NCBI GenBank assembly: GCA_036555725.1
Contig: DATBKU010000039.1
Coordinates: 742 to 64,741, forward strand
Direction of reading: 5' to 3'
Origin: Streptosporangiaceae bacterium
GTDB taxonomy: Bacteria > Actinomycetota > Actinomycetes > Streptosporangiales > Streptosporangiaceae
DNA length: 64,000 nt
Positions within the stretch are counted from its first letter, which is position 1. Each line of letters begins with the position of its first letter. The notes under the pieces are model-generated. The model saw only the letters and a list, made by a program, of their open reading frames with translations, made no database searches and was not told where the DNA came from. Position numbers and translations under genes: made by a program. Positions 60,687 to 64,000 of the stretch are shown in pieces.

Positions 60687-61538
60687 TCAGCCGGCGAAGT
60701 CGGGGGTGATGAGACCCTGGCCGACGTCGGGCACCACGAACAGGGTGCCGGCCAAGGGGTCGTCGACGGGGGCGCCGGGGTCGTCGGACTTGGCGGTGGT
60801 GATGTACAGGTCGCGCAGCTCAAGGCCCCCGAAGCAGCACGAGGTGGTGTTGGGGGTCGGCACCTCGATGGTCCGGTCGAGCCGCCCGTCGGGCGTGTAG
60901 CGGCGCACGCAGCCGCCGCCGTACAGGGCCACCCAGACGCAGCCGTCGGCGTCCACCGTCAGGCCGTCGGGGTCGCCGGCGATCTCGACGAAGACGCGCC
61001 GGTTGCGGATGCCCGGGCCGTCGGCGTCGAACAGGTCGATCCGGTGGGTCGGGGTGTCGACGTAGTACACCAGGCGGTCGTCGGGGCTCCATCCGGTGCC
61101 GTTGCTGATCGTCACGTTCTCGATCAGCGTCGTCACGGACCCGTGCGGGTCGATCCGGTAGAGCTTGCCGCCCCCGGTCGCCTTGTCGTACCGCATGGTG
61201 CCCGCCCAGAGCGACCCGTCCGGCGCGACCATCGCCTCGTTGCCCCGGACGCCCTCCTCGGCCAGGTCGGCCAGCATCCGGAAGGGCTCGCCTGGGCCGT
61301 ACAGCCCGATGCCGTCGCGCAGGTTCACCACCAGGCCGCCGCCGGCTCGCCGCTTGACCGCGCCGACATGCGAATCGGTGGAGAACATCACCCTGTCGGT
61401 GTTCTTCTCCGGCTCGTACACGTGCACCGCCGACCCCAGGATGTCCACCCACAGCAGCCACCCGGACTCGTTGTCCCAGGTCGGCCCCTCGCCGAGCTGC
61501 GCGCCCGCCCGCGCCGCCACCTCGATCGTGGAACTCAA
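60687..61538 (-). CDS. SMP-30/gluconolactonase/LRE family protein
   Basis: TTG start in a TTGA overlap with the IclR stop. LGEGPTWD, ISNGTGWSPD, DGLTVDADGCVWVA beta-propeller lactonase motifs. Confidence 0.85.
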   Translation of the reverse strand: MSSTIEVAARAGAQLGEGPTWDNESGWLLWVDILGSAVHVYEPEKNTDRVMFSTDSHVGAVKRRAGGGLVVNLRDGIGLYGPGEPFRMLADLAEEGVRGNEAMVAPDGSLWAGTMRYDKATGGGKLYRIDPHGSVTTLIENVTISNGTGWSPDDRLVYYVDTPTHRIDLFDADGPGIRNRRVFVEIAGDPDGLTVDADGCVWVALYGGGCVRRYTPDGRLDRTIEVPTPNTTSCCFGGLELRDLYITTAKSDDPGAPVDDPLAGTLFVVPDVGQGLITPDFAG

Positions 61539-62347
61539 GGGGTCTCCTCCCCGGGCGTCTCGGCCGCCTGCGGAGCCTCAGGCCGGGGCCGGTGACCGAG
61601 CCGTTGCGACAGGTCGGCGGCGCCGTCGCGGACGAGCTGGCTCCACTCCCGGTACCGGTCGTCGTTCCACCGCATCAACGGCACTGAGATGCTCATGGCC
61701 GCGATCATGTCACCGCCGTGGTCGTAGACGGGCGCCGCCACGCAGTGCACGGAATCGTTTGACTCGCAGTGGTCGTAGGCGAGACCTCCGTGCCGTACCT
61801 CGGCCAGATGCGCCCGCAGCCGCGACGGCGAGGTGATGCTCTGCGGCGTCATGCCGGGCAGCTCGCGGTCGCGCGGGTAGAGCGCGTCGAGCGCCTCGGC
61901 GGGCAGCCCGGACAGCAGCATCTTCCCGACCGCGGTGCAGTGCGCGGGCAGCCGCCGGCCGACCGCTGAGACCATCCGCACCGGGTGGGTGCTGTCGGCC
62001 TTCGCGATATAGACCACGTAGGTGCCGTCGAGCACCGCGACATGAACCGTCTCGTCGCAGTCCGCGGCGACCCGCTGCGCGACCACGCGCGACTCCTGGG
62101 CCAGGTCGAGCCGCTCGGCGAACGCGCTGCCCAGCTGGAACGTCCGCATGCCCAGGCTGTAGAGCGTGGGCTGACCGCCGACCGGAACGAGGTACGACCG
62201 GTCGACCAGAGTGGTCACCAGTTCGTGCACGGTGGTGCGGGGGAGTCCGAGCCGCTGGGTGATGTCGGGCGCGGACAGGCTCGGCCGGTCGAGGAACAGC
62301 TCCAAGATGTCCAAAGCCCGGCTGACCGCGGGGACCGCGCGAGCCAT
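61535..62347 (-). CDS. IclR family transcriptional regulator
   Basis: RALDILELF...LSAPDITQRLGLPRTTVHELV wHTH plus an IclR effector domain (HCTAVGKMLL). Confidence 0.9.
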   Translation of the reverse strand: MARAVPAVSRALDILELFLDRPSLSAPDITQRLGLPRTTVHELVTTLVDRSYLVPVGGQPTLYSLGMRTFQLGSAFAERLDLAQESRVVAQRVAADCDETVHVAVLDGTYVVYIAKADSTHPVRMVSAVGRRLPAHCTAVGKMLLSGLPAEALDALYPRDRELPGMTPQSITSPSRLRAHLAEVRHGGLAYDHCESNDSVHCVAAPVYDHGGDMIAAMSISVPLMRWNDDRYREWSQLVRDGAADLSQRLGHRPRPEAPQAAETPGEETP

Positions 62348-62496
62348 CGATCTATCACTTCCAAGTCAGATCTTGTACGAAATCTCGAACGCAGCGTAAC
62401 AAGCATGGCCCGTTGACTGGCGATCGTCACGGGGCTAGCGTCCACAATCACGAGGAGACTTCGGATTTAGTTCGAAATTACGGACGTGGGGCGTGG

Positions 62497-63408
62497 ATGG
62501 CTAGTCCCGGGATGGCAAATACGCGGAGGTTCCTGTCGTCGCTCGGATTGCCCGAGCGAGACCTCGGTGACCTGCCCTCGTCGGCCAAGCGGTTCGCCGA
62601 CGGGGCCCAGTACCGCGTGGAGATCCCATCCGTCGAGGGACCCGAGGCGTTTCACGCGGTCCTGGAGGCCGCCAAGGAGCACGAGATCCGGATCCACCGG
62701 ATCAGCCAGGGCAGCGGCATCATGCTCCTCACCGACACCGAGATCGAGGACATGGTGACCCTCGGCCGCGAGCACGACATCGAGGTGTGCCTGTTCGTCG
62801 GGCCCCGCGCGGCGTGGGACGTCGGCATCCAGGTCACGGCGGTGTCGGGCAAGGTCGCCTCGGGCGTGCTGCGCGGCGCGGACCAGCTGGTGTACGGCAT
62901 CGAGGACGTAGTGCGCGGCTGCGAGCTCGGCCTGCGCAGCGTGCTGGTGTCCGACATCGGCCAGCTCTGGGTGCTGGGCCGCATGCGCGCCGCCGGAGAG
63001 CTGCCGGCCGATCTGGAGTTCAAGGCGTCGGTGTCGTTCCCGACGGCCAACCCCGCGACCGCCCGGCTGCTCGAAGACCTCGGCGTCACCACGATCAACA
63101 CGCCCATCGACCTGACGCTGGCGCAGATGGCGGCGATCAGGCAGGCGGTCGACGTCCCGCTGGACGTCTATGTCGAGGGAGCGGACGACTTCGGGGGTGC
63201 CGTTCGCTACTACGAGATTCCGGAGCTTGTCCGAGTGGCCGCACCGGTGCACTTGAAGTTCACGATGCGTAACGCGCCCGGCATCTATCCGTCCGGCCGG
63301 CACCTTACCGACGTCGCCGTCACCACCGCGCGCGAGCGCGTACGGCGGGCGGCGATCGGCCTGGCGATGCTCCACCGCTACTACAAGGACGCCACGGCGA
63401 GTCCCTAG
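62497..63408 (+). CDS. conserved hypothetical protein (function unknown; possibly TIM-barrel-like)
   Basis: High GC3 and no shadow-frame features. Divergent from the IclR gene. I cannot place it in a family with confidence. Confidence 0.5.
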   Translation: MASPGMANTRRFLSSLGLPERDLGDLPSSAKRFADGAQYRVEIPSVEGPEAFHAVLEAAKEHEIRIHRISQGSGIMLLTDTEIEDMVTLGREHDIEVCLFVGPRAAWDVGIQVTAVSGKVASGVLRGADQLVYGIEDVVRGCELGLRSVLVSDIGQLWVLGRMRAAGELPADLEFKASVSFPTANPATARLLEDLGVTTINTPIDLTLAQMAAIRQAVDVPLDVYVEGADDFGGAVRYYEIPELVRVAAPVHLKFTMRNAPGIYPSGRHLTDVAVTTARERVRRAAIGLAMLHRYYKDATASP

Positions 63409-63468
63409 ATCGCCGGCTTCCGGGGCGTCACGGGGCACGTCCGGCAACCCACCCAGAAGGGAGTGCCC

Positions 63469-64000
63469 ATGCTCAGCAGCTCAGGTAGATCCCGTGTCAC
63501 AGGTTTGGCCGGGAAAGTGTGCGCGGCCGTCGCGCTGGCGGCCTCGACGGTCGTGCTCGGCACGGCGGCGTCCGCGTCCCCCGCGCGTACGATGCCTGCC
63601 ACCATGAAGCCCGACATCAAGAGAGACCTATTCGGCACCCTGGCCGATGGCACCAAGGTCTGGCGCTACACGTTGACTAACAGCAACATCCGCGTACGGA
63701 TCATTACGTACGGGGGGATCGTGCAGACGATCGAGGTGCCGGACAGGCACGGCCATGTGACCAACGTGGCCCTCGGTTTCGCCACCCTCGACGACTACGT
63801 CGCGAAGAACAACCCGGGCCCGTACTTCGGCGCGCTGATCGGCAGGTACGCGAACCGTATCGCCGACGGCCGGTTCACCCTCGACGGCACGACCTACCAA
63901 CTCGACGTGAACAACAACGGGAACACCCTGCACGGCGGCACGAAGGGCTTCGACACGAAGGTCTGGACCCCGACTCCGGGTTCGAACGGCGGTAATCCCT
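63469..64000 (+). CDS. aldose 1-epimerase (galactose mutarotase) family, secreted form; 3' end off the window
   Basis: Absent from the ORF track because it has no stop. ATG 63469 follows GAAGGGAG. Signal peptide, then GGIVQTIEVPDRHG...LGFATLDDY...YFGALIGRYANRIADGRFTLDG..Y.L..NNNGNTLHGG, which is typical of mutarotases. Confidence 0.8.
   Translation, partial: MLSSSGRSRVTGLAGKVCAAVALAASTVVLGTAASASPARTMPATMKPDIKRDLFGTLADGTKVWRYTLTNSNIRVRIITYGGIVQTIEVPDRHGHVTNVALGFATLDDYVAKNNPGPYFGALIGRYANRIADGRFTLDGTTYQLDVNNNGNTLHGGTKGFDTKVWTPTPGSNGGNP

Noticed and set aside
60527-60823. N-terminal extension of the LAL regulator through the repeat, giving a (GRVRPV)n hexapeptide repeat.
   Set aside because: The extension overlaps the 3' end of the same-strand SMP-30 gene in another frame. 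It has a Pro/Ser/Thr-rich junk-like start, and a good ATG (60526) precedes the Walker-A region at the normal distance.
62348-62496. IclR operator half-sites (CGAAATCTCGAAC around 62379-62391 and GTTCGAAATTACG around 62470-62482).
   Set aside because: The similarity is partial and the spacing (~90 bp) is not that of a single dyad. It may be real, but I cannot support it from the sequence alone.

Overview
High-GC (roughly 70%+) actinomycete chromosomal segment, probably from a filamentous actinomycete, with about 50 protein genes. I saw no rRNA, tRNA, CRISPR array, transposase or integrase. Many long ORFs in the supplied track are GC-rich shadow frames antisense to the real genes. Layout from left to right: (i) small-molecule catabolism: Gfo/Idh/MocA oxidoreductase, Lrp regulator, secreted hydrolase, an incomplete ABC importer plus phosphotriesterase-family protein, a LacI-controlled maleylacetate reductase and intradiol dioxygenase pair, and a psuG-psuK-aldo/keto reductase operon. 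(ii) The most unusual block, 14.4-24.6 kb: a tightly coupled six-gene minus-strand operon. It encodes a GrpE-like protein, a lidless Hsp70-like ATPase, an 892-aa helical plus beta-sandwich protein, a soluble double-zinc-ribbon GTPase, a 734-aa protein with a WQLQYTS N-terminus (resembles the GTPase-associated GAP1 family as I recall it), and a membrane-embedded paralogous zinc-ribbon GTPase. It is followed by a 0.73-kb intergenic region and two tandem paralogous Ser/Thr kinases with an atypical HRDLTPxN catalytic loop. (iii) An MFS/MmyB pair and a TerC gene behind a Mn2+ (yybP-ykoY-like) riboswitch. (iv) A glycoside hydrolase and ABC transporter locus (GH29, GH35, GH3, LacI, ABC, GH31, GH1) whose enzyme set fits xyloglucan-oligosaccharide breakdown and which carries three copies of a 16-bp palindromic operator. 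(v) A regulator-rich arm: SARP, DrrAB-like exporter, MFS, LacI, acyl-CoA ligase, LAL/LuxR with an 18-bp x6 tandem repeat upstream, and an IclR sugar-acid cluster. All family assignments come from reading motifs by eye; no database search was run.
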